A stretch of DNA of 64,000 nucleotides from Octopus vulgaris (taxonomy: Eukaryota): assembly GCA_951406725.2 (NCBI GenBank), contig OX597821.1, forward strand, positions 73,532,001 through 73,596,000, in the 5' to 3' direction. Both the position numbers and the translations under genes were made by a program. The notes under the pieces are model-generated. The model made no database searches. It worked only from the letters and a program-made list of their open reading frames with translations, and was not told the origin of the DNA. Shown here in pieces: positions 52,579-64,000 of the stretch. Numbering within the stretch: the first letter of the stretch is position 1; each line of letters opens with the position of its first letter.

Positions 52579-53861
52579 TTGTAATCGAAGATTGAGCTGT
52601 TCAGATTAACTTAAGTCAAATCAAAATATTTAGTTTCACTTAACACCTTTTACAGTCGATAAAAGATTCAAATTATCGAATTTTTTTTGTGTTTTTTAGT
52701 TATTTATTTATCTATCTATTATGATTGGTTGTTGCTTAATTTCAGTTCATTGTGGACTGAGCAAATCGAGATGGTTGTGGCGTTCCAGCCATGACCATCG
52801 AACTCTTCACTTCGACACAACTTGTCGTTATCCGGTCCATTCATTATTTAATGTGTCCTTTCCTTTTCAAGATAGAAGGATATGATCTGAAGGTGATTTA
52901 GCTGCTTTTTCTAGTCGATCTAGCAACCACATACAGACTTAGTAATTAATTAATTAGAGAGATTCAAGAAAGTAGAAATATAAAACAAATTTTAAAAAGC
53001 ACACACACACATGATATTCTTCTATGGTAATTTTGTGTTGCCGAAAACTGTGAATTTGGATTTATTTCTACTCAATTTCTGCGAGGATAGCATTAGCATT
53101 CCAAGACTTTTATAGAATTTTAGGCTTTGTGGAATAAAAAAAAACGTTCTTTTCTTCCGGCCGGAATCGCAAAGGAACATTTTAAATGGACCTTATCAGC
53201 ATTCCATTGGGCCTTAGTAGATCCATTTCACTGATTTAAAAAGGGATCCATTACATGTTCATTAGACCTGCTAGAAATAACAAACAAATCTTCACCAAAG
53301 CACATTCTGCCGACTTAAAGCAAGAATACTTTAGATAAGGAAGTCTTACAGACACTGTGTCTGACAATTGGTGTGGTCACAGCTGGAACGCTATGCTTGC
53401 ACCGTTAACTCTGAGATTAGTTGGATATAAAGGTTTCTAATTGAAGCACAAGGCCAGCAATTTTTGAAGGAAGAGACTTAACTGATATTATGGACCCCAA
53501 ACTTGAGTAGCAGTTTATTTTATAGACGTCGGAGGGATGAAAGTCGAAAGTACCGGAACTAAATGCCGCAGAACATTTTGTCGGATGTTCTACTGATTCC
53601 GTTAATCTACCCTTCTTTTTGGGTATTATTATTATTAATAATAATAAAAATAATGCTTTCTCATTTTGGCACAGGGTCAGCAGCTTTTGTGGGGAGGGGA
53701 AATCGATTACATCGATCCCAGTTGTTGATTGGTACTCATTTGATCGACTCTGAATTCTTGATATTAGCCATGGTGGCAAAAGTAGACTCTCATAGTTACC
53801 TGGCATATGACGGGTAACATGCTAGTATATACACCATTCGAATAACGTGCGTAAAATCTCT

Positions 53862-53930
<69 letters not shown>

Positions 53931-54799
53931 GCATATGTATATGTATGTTATTCTTTATATGAAGAAATATATTTATATTTGCATGTATCAGAAACGTTAT
54001 TTTTTTTTGTTTTAATAATAAAAAAACCCCAGAATCAGTAGTGCGCCCACTCACACGTACATGTGCTGAATGTGTTAGCCATACGTATAGAAGTGCATGC
54101 ATATAATCACATCCGCACACAAATATTATATAAACGCCATCAGTTACCACACCTAGAATATTCCAGGGATATTAATTATCCATAAATGGTTTTCTCTTCT
54201 CACAAGGGGAAGCAAAATATCAAGACAAATAAATATAAAAACACGACAATAACAACAAAATATATCAAACATTAAAAAATAAATTCCTATCTCTCCCCCC
54301 CACCCACAACTCACGTAAAATAATGATAAAACATCTCAACAAAATATAGAAATGCTATAATAACGAAACATAAAGGTAACTACTAGAGAGAGACAATCTC
54401 TTACATGCGAGATTCGATCTGCAAAAATAATGGAGGAATCCATCTCGTTAGTATTGCAGCTTCTCATGACTTGTTACGAACACACACACACACACATCAA
54501 AGATGGATTTAATGTCGTTTAGCATTTAGCTTTACACATCACTTAACTAAATTGCCTACTTTTCGACTCTCGCTGCTTTAATAATGATTTCTAAACTAAG
54601 GCACAAGGAAAGGGAGGCGATGGCGAAATGAAGCGGATATGCCGGTCGAATAGGCGGGATGGGGGGGGGGAGACGGCCTAATATATTACTGGTATGTATT
54701 TCATCGGCCACAGACGGAAGCAAGGAAACGCAATGACAACTTTAACTAAACGCGAGGGAGGCCCAAGCATGATCCAATACATGACATAAACGATTACAG

Positions 54800-55600
54800 T
54801 CGAGCGCAGACGAGTATAGACGAACATATACGGAAGTAGGCGGGTGTAGACGAACATATACGGAAGTAGGTGGGAGTAGACGAACGTAAATGAATTTAGA
54901 TAGGCGTAAACGAACGTAGATGATGAGCTTAGATGGGCGTTGACCAGTGTTTCTTAACCATTTTTTGTCTTTACCTATGGCCTCTTTTGGTCCCCATTTT
55001 ATTCGGATGGACCCTCATAGCCGTTCAATGGTTATAAAATCTTATATTTTCATAATTAAGCATTATCAATATTCCATTTTTAAAATTAGATATTAGGAAT
55101 TGTATTAAAAATAATTGTTCTTTTGGGGTAGGGGGCCAGTCGATTAGATCGACCCCAGTACGCAACTGGTACTTATTTCATCGATCCCGAAAGGATGAAA
55201 AGCAAAGTCGACCTCGGCGTAATTTGCACTCAGAACGTAGACAAACGAAATACCGCCACATATTGTATAAACAACTTTCTGTAGATAAAATTTAGGAACA
55301 AGATCTTATATGGACCCTACCTCAAAGGTTATCTGGACCCCAGCCCCAACGGCTATATGGGCCACCAAGAGCCATATGGACCTCACCCTCAACGGCTATA
55401 TGGACAACCCCAAGGGCTATACGGATCACACCAAAGGCCATATGGACCCCAACCCCAAGGGCTGTACGGATCCCACCAAGGGCCATATGGATACCGGGTG
55501 ATAACCATTGGCGTAGACGGATGTTAAATGAATGTAAGCGTAAATGAATGTAAACAAGTTTAGGTGGGCGCAGACAAGCTTGAACTTTTGTAGACGAGTA
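54800..55600. repeat. Degenerate ~10-bp minisatellite (GTAGACGAAC-like) split by a hAT MITE
   Basis: Repeated GTAGACG/GTAAATG units on both sides of the MITE. Confidence 0.75.
54945..55510. mobile_element. hAT (Charlie-like) MITE containing a SINE A insertion (55120-55258, -) and internal tandem repeats (55305-55495)
   Basis: Termini CAGTGTTTCTTAACC / GGTGATAACCATTG; 8-bp TSD GCGTTGAC / GCGTAGAC. Confidence 0.8.
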
Positions 55601-56830
55601 TGTCTGCTATACAAGGATGTCGCATTCAAAGGAGGACGAAGGGGTTTCATTTTCATCTGGTTATCGATATAAAAATCAAAATGAAACACCGGCGTAACGA
55701 ACCACTGAGCTCGGTAGAAAGATTTCTTCCTTATTCTAAGGGTAGGATTAGGAAGCATTCGTTAGTTATCGCTGCTGCTTGCGACCGTGAGTCCAGAACT
55801 CTGTTTCACTCATATGAAGATGCGTGGCCAAGTATCATTGTATGCTGAGCAAATCAGAAGTGGTGTGGAAGCCATTTCAAGGGTTATTTCTGTCGTGGAA
55901 ATCTGAGCAGGGAACTTCAAGTCCGCAGAATAGCTTTAAATCATACAGACCTTCTGCAACATTCAGATCTGCCTTGATCGACTGAGCCGCTTCGAACTAA
56001 CTGTTTTAATTCCTGAGAGAAGTGCAAGGCAAGCATCACCTGGATGCGAAACCTCGACTTCTTTACTCGATCAATAGTCCGACCACATCTATCTCATCAA
56101 TAGCAATTCATTAAAGGAAAAACAGTTTATTTGATTTTATCAAACGGCAGGTTTGTTTGAAGATTACGTGGTTGTTGTTCTCTGTCACCTGCCGTCTTTT
56201 ACGGTTACATATCTCCGCCATTAGTGACTAACATTACTTTAATATTACCGAACAGAGAAATAGAGAGATAAATAAATAAGGACCGGTCTATCTGCTTTGC
56301 TAACTCGAATAATCAACCCCTGTTTAACACTTCATTCACTGTAATTTATAATTCAGGACTGAGAAACAAGAGAAAAAACAAAAAACAAAAAAAACAAAAC
56401 GTGAGTCAGTGACAGCGAAAGAGTGAAAAAGTAAGCGATAGAGCGAACAATGAAATGAGATAAAGTGACAGTCCTGTAGATTTTATACACACACATCGAT
56501 ATAGATTATATATCATTTATCTATTGAAAACCTAATAGATTTTTTTAGTGTTTCCGTAGGGATTTGTTCAAATGCGTGTAAATGTATATGTGTACGTATA
56601 TACCTACATACATGTACACATTCATACACATACATTTACAAATATACTCGTACACGCAAAATAGAAACATGTACACGAACGTACATACATTCAAACACAC
56701 ATAAGGATTATAATTACGGAAATATCACCAATGCGTGTTTTTCATTTGTATTTATTCGTGCATTTTTGTACGCAATTGTGCACGCACATTCACACACAGG
56801 CGTGTATGTGTGTGTGCGCGTGTATATCTC

Positions 56831-57330
56831 TCTATATATAAAACTGAGAATGTCTGTCTGTCTGTCTGTCTGTGTGTTTCCCTAAAACTTGAGAACTACA
56901 CAACCAATTTCATTCAAATTTTACACATGCCTTACTTAGGGTCCATGTAGTTTCATGGGCAAAAACAATGTTCAACCGCTTGCCTAGGGTGAGCCCATAG
57001 CAATATCATATCTTCTCCACTATTTCAGTATTACGTGTTAAAAGTGAAACAAAAACATCTCTCTATTTTATGTCAGATACTTTCACTTTAACAATAAAAA
57101 TTAGAGATAATAATAACAATTGAATTATATGTAGTAAGTAATAATTAAAATCAAACTTAAGTATGATATGATAATTAAATCGTAACATTGCATCAATGAC
57201 TTGAACTTGAATCAGTGGTTTCACATGAATAGGAATAAATAAAAAAATAAAATTTAAGTGCAGAAATGGAATAGTCCAGATGGAGGTGTGCACGGCGTTT
57301 ACATTAGATTATTTGCTAATTAGCTAGCAT
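56831..57330 (+). mobile_element. Helitron-type element 5' part; a separate Helitron 3' terminus lies on minus at 58345-58372
   Basis: TCTATATATAAAACTGAG + (CTGT)n; minus GACCCGTCGTTGCCGGGTCATAGTGCTAGT; 3' end of the first element not located. Confidence 0.55.
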
Positions 57331-57699
57331 TAAGTATCTATATGAAGTTTGGCTGTACGAAAGATGCTTCAACTGAGTACCGCTGTTGGTTTATTTCTGA
57401 TCCATAAAGGCCTATAGCTTCAACAGAGTACTGCTTTTTTGTTTACCGTAAGGTTTGTTGTTATTATTATTTATGTTTAACTATTGTTATCACGTTTGTT
57501 GGTTCCTCGTAAGGGAAGCGTTGTTGTGTTGCATTTGTTAAATAATTGTAAACTGTAACCCTCCCCCTTTGGGAGAAGGAGCTTTGATTATTGTTTAAAA
57601 ATTGAATTGTGTCCCTGTTTGGGGAAATTGACAATATTTTCACCGTTTACACGGAAGCATTTTTGTTAGAATGCCTTCGATAGAAGAAAATCTAAAAAT

Positions 57700-58200
57700 G
57701 AATTTCGCTGCAGCCGTCGGCGGGCGGCGAACTCATTAAAATTAAAATGGAAGAAATACAAACCTACTTCGGATTGATCACCGACAAAGACGGTGAATCT
57801 AGGATAACACCACTAAACGAAATAAAAAATAAAATTAAAGAAAAGACTATTGCCTATAAAGTATACAATGTAGAGAAAAAAAAACCGATTTGAACACCTG
57901 GAGGAAAGAACCATTGAAAAGTGTCTTGGTGCGACTATGAAAGATATCAAGTATCTAACCAGAGGCGGCAAATTCGCCACAATAGAAGCATGGTTCGAGT
58001 CAACGGAGCATGCAAGGGAGTACTCGACTCGAACCTTGCAAAGTGAAAATATTTTATTTTTACCTTTATATCTGGGGCGTAGGACGTCCCGGATAAAAGT
58101 TAAAAATGCACCCCCCCCCAGAAGTAGAGGTAGGCTGGATTGTAGCCACACTTCTATACAAGAGGGAGGACAAGATACAATTGATCGAAATTACAAGAGA
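57700..58200 (+). pseudogene. Probable LINE ORF1 (RRM-like) remnant
   Basis: Non-microsatellite protein-like run TIAYKVYNVEKK...IKYLTRGGKFATIEAWFES...LPLYLGRRTSRIKVKNAPP(fs)EVEVGWIVATLL with homopolymer frameshifts; family assignment is inference. Confidence 0.45.
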
Positions 58201-58512
58201 CGGGCTAACAATTCCAGTCTGTTATATATTTTGAGTATTGTTATCACAAGCGATATCAAAATATAACCTTATATTTTATGTGTAGATGTATATATATAGA
58301 TGTACATATAATATGTACACATATATATACACATATATACATGCACTAGCACTATGACCCGGCAACGACGGGTCTTTAATATATATATAATACATATATA
58401 TATATATACACACACACACACAAGCACATCCGTTCTTGTCAATATATTAATACCGCCATGTATACTCTCCCTCACTTTATCAATCTATCTATCTGTCTAT
58501 CTATCTAATTAT

Positions 58513-58719
58513 TTCAAACTCTGGCACAAGGCCAGCACGTTTGGGGGAGGGGGTAAATCGATTACATTGAGCCCCCAGGGCGTAACTGGTACTTATTTTA
58601 CCGACTCTGAAAGGATGAAGGGCAAAGTGACTCAGCGGAATTTGAACTCAGAACGTAAGGACGGACGAAATGCTTCTAAGCATTTCGCCCGGCATGCTAA
58701 CGTTCCTGCCTGCTCACCG
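58513..58719 (-). mobile_element. SINE family A
   Basis: GGAATTTGAACTCAGAACGT...TAAGCATTTCGCCCGGCATGCTAACG. Confidence 0.85.
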
Positions 58720-58905
58720 ACTTATATATATATATTATATATATATACACACGCACATATATACACGCACATACACACACGCACATATACACACACACGC
58801 ACATATACACACACATGCACATTTGTAAGTGTTTGTTTTTATGTCAATAAAACCAGTTTTACCTAAAATTTAAAATTTTACCTAAAATTGAAGGATAATA
58901 GAACT

Positions 58906-59268
58906 GAAGTTTCGACCAGCTAAAGCCATCATCGAACTTTAATGCATTTAAGTTCATCTTGGCTTTCTATAATCTCCCTTAGGTTGTGGTGGCCACATGG
59001 CATGGATAATTTTCATTGATTGAATTTGGGGAAATCTGACTGTTAGAATTGCTAAGAGAAATAAATTTAATCAATCAGAATTTCCCCAAATTTAAGCAAT
59101 AAAAATTCTCCGTACCATTTGGCCACCATAACCCACCATACAGTGTAATTTTCATTCAACAGAACTCGGGTTACCCTGCAAAAATTTTACTTAGCAGAGA
59201 CTATATAAAACTTAAGATGAACTAAAAGTGTATTGAAGTCCGATGATCGCTTGGCTACCCGAAACTTC
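58906..59268. repeat. Diverged inverted repeat with hammerhead-like cores at both outer ends
   Basis: GAAGTTTCG...CATCATCGAACTT...AGTTCATCTT pairs with AAGATGAACT...AAGTCCGATGAT...CGAAACTTC; the inner arms also pair. Confidence 0.75.
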
Positions 59269-59329
59269 GAAATCACTATCAATACTATTATCGAAGTTAT
59301 TCCCATTAAAGAATAACAAATATATACAA

Positions 59330-59484
59330 AACGCAAAAGGCGAAGACAGGTGGTATAGACAAGAAACAGATGTATTAGTTTAACGCTCGGGAATTGAAAA
59401 TGTCTTTAACGTTTCGAGCCTACGCTCTTCCACAGAAAGGAACACTGAGAGAAACAGGGAGAGAAAATAAAGAATGTGTAGTGG
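59330..59484 (-). mobile_element. Penelope-like pLTR fragment with hammerhead motif (59404-59439)
   Basis: Minus CTTT-CTGTGGA-A-GAGC(gtag)GCTC-GAAA-CG-TT-AAAG. Confidence 0.65.
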
Positions 59485-60489
59485 CTAGCGAGCTATCATG
59501 GCGAAACGACAACAGGAAAAAGCAGAAAGTACAAAAAAGTTAAGTACAAAAGGTTCAAAAGCTTCAAACATCGTGGTGTATTGGAGCGATTTCTCATCAA
59601 CGGAAGAGTCCAGTGTAGTCCATGGGTAGGAGAGGTGCAGCTGAAGTGTACGAGGGTAGAAAGTCCAGGTAGAGAATCTAGGTGGAATAGTCCGAAGTGT
59701 AGAAGGTGTAGAAAATCCAAGAAAAGTTCGTTGGGTTAAGAGGTGGAGACCATTTATTTCACGTTGCACCAGTCCACTCGGCCGTAAATGGGTGCTAACC
59801 TTGCAACGGACTGGACTTCCGATCAAGGGGGAAGAACGTTGGCCTGCTTCGCCTAACCAGCGGGGTGGCATCATTCAAAATCTGAAACAATGCTAAGTGC
59901 ATTGTGACCAGCGATGTATAACAAGATCCAATAGTCTGGTAGATAGCGTGATTTTAGTGGGATCATTTGGGCATCGAATAAAATGTCTTATGGTATTTGC
60001 TCAGGTTCCCAGAGTTCTTGGTTCAAACCTTACTGAGGTCATTTTTGCCTTTCATCCTTTCTGGGTCGATGAATATTGTAACTGTCCATTGCCCGGATCG
60101 ATTCCCTCCCTTTGTTCCAACTTGGAAAAAATTGGTAATGGTCAGGTCTGGAGAAGGATGGGCTCCGCTAGGTTTCAGTGCCCAAGGCACGCCGTATGTC
60201 ACAATGGTGCCACCACAACTCCAACAGGAATTGTGAGCCTTAGGCCGGGCATATATATAAAAACAGGAGGTTGGAAACATTTTTTTTTAATTGTTTTATT
60301 CACCATTACACGTGTTTCATTTGCTAATAGGAATTAGAAAGTTATACATGTTGGATAAACGTGTAAGAAATGTCTTATTAGAAATTCTTCAGACAGAAAA
60401 ATCAAATACAACGACACTCTGGATTATATTACTGGAATAAGCAGATATGCTTTAGGAGAACACAGCTTGGATTTCAACCCTCCTTACAC

Positions 60490-60544
<55 letters not shown>

Positions 60545-60589
60545 TATATATATAATGTATGTATATATACACACATTTCAAAATGTAAC

Positions 60590-60782
60590 ATGTGAATCGT
60601 GGGCGATTTTTCCCCCTCCGTCTTCCTTTTCTATTGGACTTTCCCCTGTCTCCTGTTTCTGACGAAGAGCTTTGCTCGAAGCGTAAAACCGCCTTTCTTT
60701 CCTTTCCTGAACGTCTGCTAATACTTTACACGTACCACGTCCTTGCATTGTTTTTTTGTGTTTGTTCTTCGTTTTTCTTTTA

Positions 60783-60790
<8 letters not shown>
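60590..60790 (+). mobile_element. Penelope-like pLTR fragment between (TA)n tracts, hammerhead motif at 60655-60689
   Basis: GTTT-CTGACGA-A-GAGC(ttt)GCTC-GAAG-CG-TA-AAAC. Confidence 0.65.
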
Positions 60791-60836
<46 letters not shown>

Positions 60837-61698
60837 CTGTAGACGTTCGTCTCTTTGAGATCATTAAGAAAGAGTTACTGGAATTTACTATAGATCCGAC
60901 TCAGTCGATTATTTCTCATTAATCCTTCTTCCGCTCTTCTTCCGTTGTCTCATTTCAAAAGAAAAAGACCAAGATAAAAACCAAGATTGACGGAAACCGA
61001 TTTTGCTTGAGACAAATGGCTTTGATTCATGAGTTCTGTAACAAAAACTCCAAGAAGACTCTGGAGAGGAAGAATGGATCTGAACGCTGGTAGTGATGGC
61101 TGGCTGGCTGGTTGGTTGGTTGGTTGGTGTTAAACAATCATTGAAAGTAAAGCGGTCTTTTTGTTTGAGGTTTTTTCTCAAGCATCCAGTTTTTTTTTTA
61201 GCCACATCAGTACAAATATTCACAATCAATCACAACGCTTTGTAAATAATTACATTTTTGGACAATTCAACTTGAATTTTCCTAAGAAACTATCATTGTT
61301 TTATCTCGCTCTACAACTCATTCGCTTCACAATCGCTTTTCATTCATATTCGGGGTAACTTAGAAAAATAAAAAACAAAAGTGTAAAAGTAAAAAAAACA
61401 ACAACAACAAAAAAGGCAAAAAATAAAAGAGCAAAGTTTAAAACTTTTTATTGCTGCTCTTCCACCGCCCTCAACTCCCCATTCCAAACATGTCAACATC
61501 CATGAAATCTTGACTAACCCTTCAACACTTTCCTCCCACCACCACCACTATTACAAAACAACCCTTTTTAATTGTTTTTGGTTATAGTGTCGCTGTTGTT
61601 GTTGTTGCTGCTGTTTTTGCTCATGTTGTTGTTGATATTGTTACTGTGACCCTGTAGTTGCTATTGCACCACCACCGCTAGTAGTAGTAGATATTTAT

Positions 61699-61918
61699 TT
61701 CTTTATTGCCCACAAGGGGCTGAACATAGAGGGGGACAAACAAGGACCGACAAAGGGATTAAGTCGGGGACATCGACCCCAGTGCATAATTGGTACTTAT
61801 TTAATCGACCTCCGAAAAGGGATGAAAGGCAAAGTCGACCTCAGCGGAATTTGAACTCAGACTGTAGCGGCAGACGAAAGCATTTCGCCCGGCGTGCTAA
61901 CCATTCTGCCACCTCGCC
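61699..61918 (-). mobile_element. SINE family A, full monomer
   Basis: Head and tail both present. Confidence 0.9.
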
Positions 61919-62777
61919 ATCTTCGTCCTTGTAGACATTGTGAATGGTACAATTGGTATTGTTGTTCTTAGAACTTTTGCTCTTGTTTTTGTTGCTGCCA
62001 TTCTTGTAGTAGTAGCAGTAGTAACAGTAGCAGCAATAGTAATCGTTGCAGACATAACTGAAGAGATAGTAGCAGTAGTGGTAGCAGCAGCAGAAAAAGT
62101 AGTAGTAGTAACAGTAGTAGTTATTGCATTCGTTATTAAAGTAATTGTATTTGATGATTTTCTTCGTGTTTTTGTTGTTGTTTCTGTGGTTGTCTTTTTC
62201 TTTTGTAATTGTTGTTGTTTTTAATGTTACTTTATTTCATTGTTGTTGTTGATATTGTTGTTGTTGTTGATGACAGACAAATGTTTAAGGTGAGCTTTAT
62301 TTGCCGAAAAAAACGTTAAAACCCCCCCCTAAAAATATCAAAACAAAAATCAAACACCAGAGGACAAATTGTCAACTGTAGCCCCGTCCCAGCTCTGACC
62401 CCCCCTAATCAAACCCTCTCCCCCACCCCCGGCTGTTGAAGGTCTTCAGTAGAGGGGATCTACAAGAATAACAATATTTTACAAACTGAAGCTGGAAGCA
62501 TGTTTGACATTGGCTGAGGCTGTTGTAATATAAATGTAGTCGAAGCAGACGATTTAATGCTGGAAACATTCACCTTTGACCTCTTGGTCATTAAAAGTCA
62601 CTGACCCTCTCAAACATGGCTGACATGTTTGGAGCGGGGAAACATGTGTGTGTGAAGGTGTGTTTGCGAGAATGTGTGTGTGTTTATGATGGTTTTAGGA
62701 GTGGAAGAATGGACATGAAAGCAAAGAATGAGAAGAGAGGAGGAAAGAAGTTGAGCTTTAAGAAAAAGTGTGTGTGT

Positions 62778-62841
<64 letters not shown>

Positions 62842-62942
62842 TACATAAAAGAAATTGAGACAAGAAAACAAAACAGAGAGAAAAACTGAGAGATAAAGCA
62901 AAAACAAACGAGTGTAACTGAGAAAGAAAGAATGAGAGAGTG

Positions 62943-63070
62943 GGAGAGCGAGAGAGTAGGAGAGCGAGAGAGTAGGAGAGCTAGAGAGTAGGAGAGCTAG
63001 AGAGTAGAAGAGCGAGAGAGTAGGAGCGAGAAGGTAGGAGAGAGTGAGAGAGTAGGAGAGAGTGAGAGAG
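62943..63070. repeat. 16-bp minisatellite GAGAGC(G/T)AGAGAGTAG
   Basis: About 8 tandem units. Confidence 0.85.
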
Positions 63071-63176
63071 AGAAAGAGCGAGACAAACAAACGAATGACA
63101 ATGTGATATAAAAAATAAAAACATTGAAAGGGAAAGTAAAAATAGGAAAGGAGGAGGAAAATTTTAAAGAAGAGAA

Positions 63177-63216
<40 letters not shown>

Positions 63217-63607
63217 GGGAGAGATCCTAGAAAGAAAGAGAGATACTATTTCCCTAAAAGTCCTCTACGTATTGCGATTCTGTTCATTGTTCCCTCAGGC
63301 AATCCTTAAACTGATAGGAACACATTGTCGGCAAATATTTACAATAGTCTCGCATGTTCTCACATGTAAGGTCAGCGAAAACGAGATTTTCCGACGGAAA
63401 GCGAAAGAAAAAAAGTAAAGACGAAACAAAAGAAAGTGAAGAGGCAAATAATCCCAAGAATAATAAGCTGAAGGTCGGCAGTCTTGTGGTCGATAAAATA
63501 AAGTACCATTGAAGTACTGCGATACAACATAACGTTTGATTGGTACAAATGAGGTTGAACGGGAAAGTTGATCTGGGCGAGATTTGAATTCAGAACATAA
63601 TGTTGGC

Positions 63608-63766
63608 TTCAAATTTTGGCACAAGGCCAGCAATTTCGGAGGAGGGGGTAAGTCGGTTGCATCGAGCCCAGAGTTTAACTGGTACTTATTTTATCGATCC
63701 CCAAAGGATGAAAAGCAAAGTCAACCTCGGTAGAATTTGAACTCAGAATGTAAAGACGGACGAAAT
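63608..63766 (-). mobile_element. SINE family A, head-truncated
   Basis: CTGGTACTTATTTTATCGATCCCCAAAGGATGAAAAGCAAAGTCAACCTCGG. Confidence 0.85.
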
Positions 63767-64000
63767 GGAGAGTGAGGAGAGATACGTAAATGGGGAACGA
63801 TCAAGAGATGGAGGGAAGACAAAGAGTGCGCGTGTGTAAAGCAGAGAATGGGAGATGCATATATATGTTATGATATATATATGCTAAACGTCATACGTAT
63901 CAATGTATATGCTTGTATGTATACACACATACACACGCACACACATATGCATATATACATACGTATGTATGCCTGCATACGCATGCATATACGCATGTAT

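Noticed and set aside
55305-55495. CRISPR-like array or repeat-protein ORF (55310-55501)
   Set aside because: Degenerate adjacent tandem units without unique spacers, inside a hAT MITE; eukaryotic context and no cas genes
61940-62224. Hydrophobic membrane-protein-like ORF
   Set aside because: Product of (GTA/GCA/GTT)n low-complexity sequence

Overview
AT-rich, microsatellite-dense animal genomic DNA with no recognisable host protein-coding exon or RNA gene; it reads as intron or gene desert. The three dominant tRNA-derived SINE families resemble those I know from Octopus, so an octopod origin is inferred but not proven. Nearly all ORFs in the supplied track are microsatellite artefacts. Real coding signal comes only from decayed transposons: RTE, CR1/L2-like, R4/Dong-like, a Penelope-like RT+GIY-YIG relic, a Tc1 DD34E transposase, mariner and Tigger relics, and a probable LINE ORF1. 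There are also Helitron-type and hAT non-autonomous elements. The top observation is a short element at two loci (about 32.98-33.34 kb and 42.62-43.08 kb). It joins a tRNA-like Pol III head to a type I minimal hammerhead ribozyme motif and each time carries a head-to-head inverted partial copy, the insertion style of Penelope-like elements. Several more hammerhead motifs, long foldbacks and a SINE/LINE shared 3' tail are also visible. Element boundaries were read by eye and are approximate unless a TSD or terminus is quoted.
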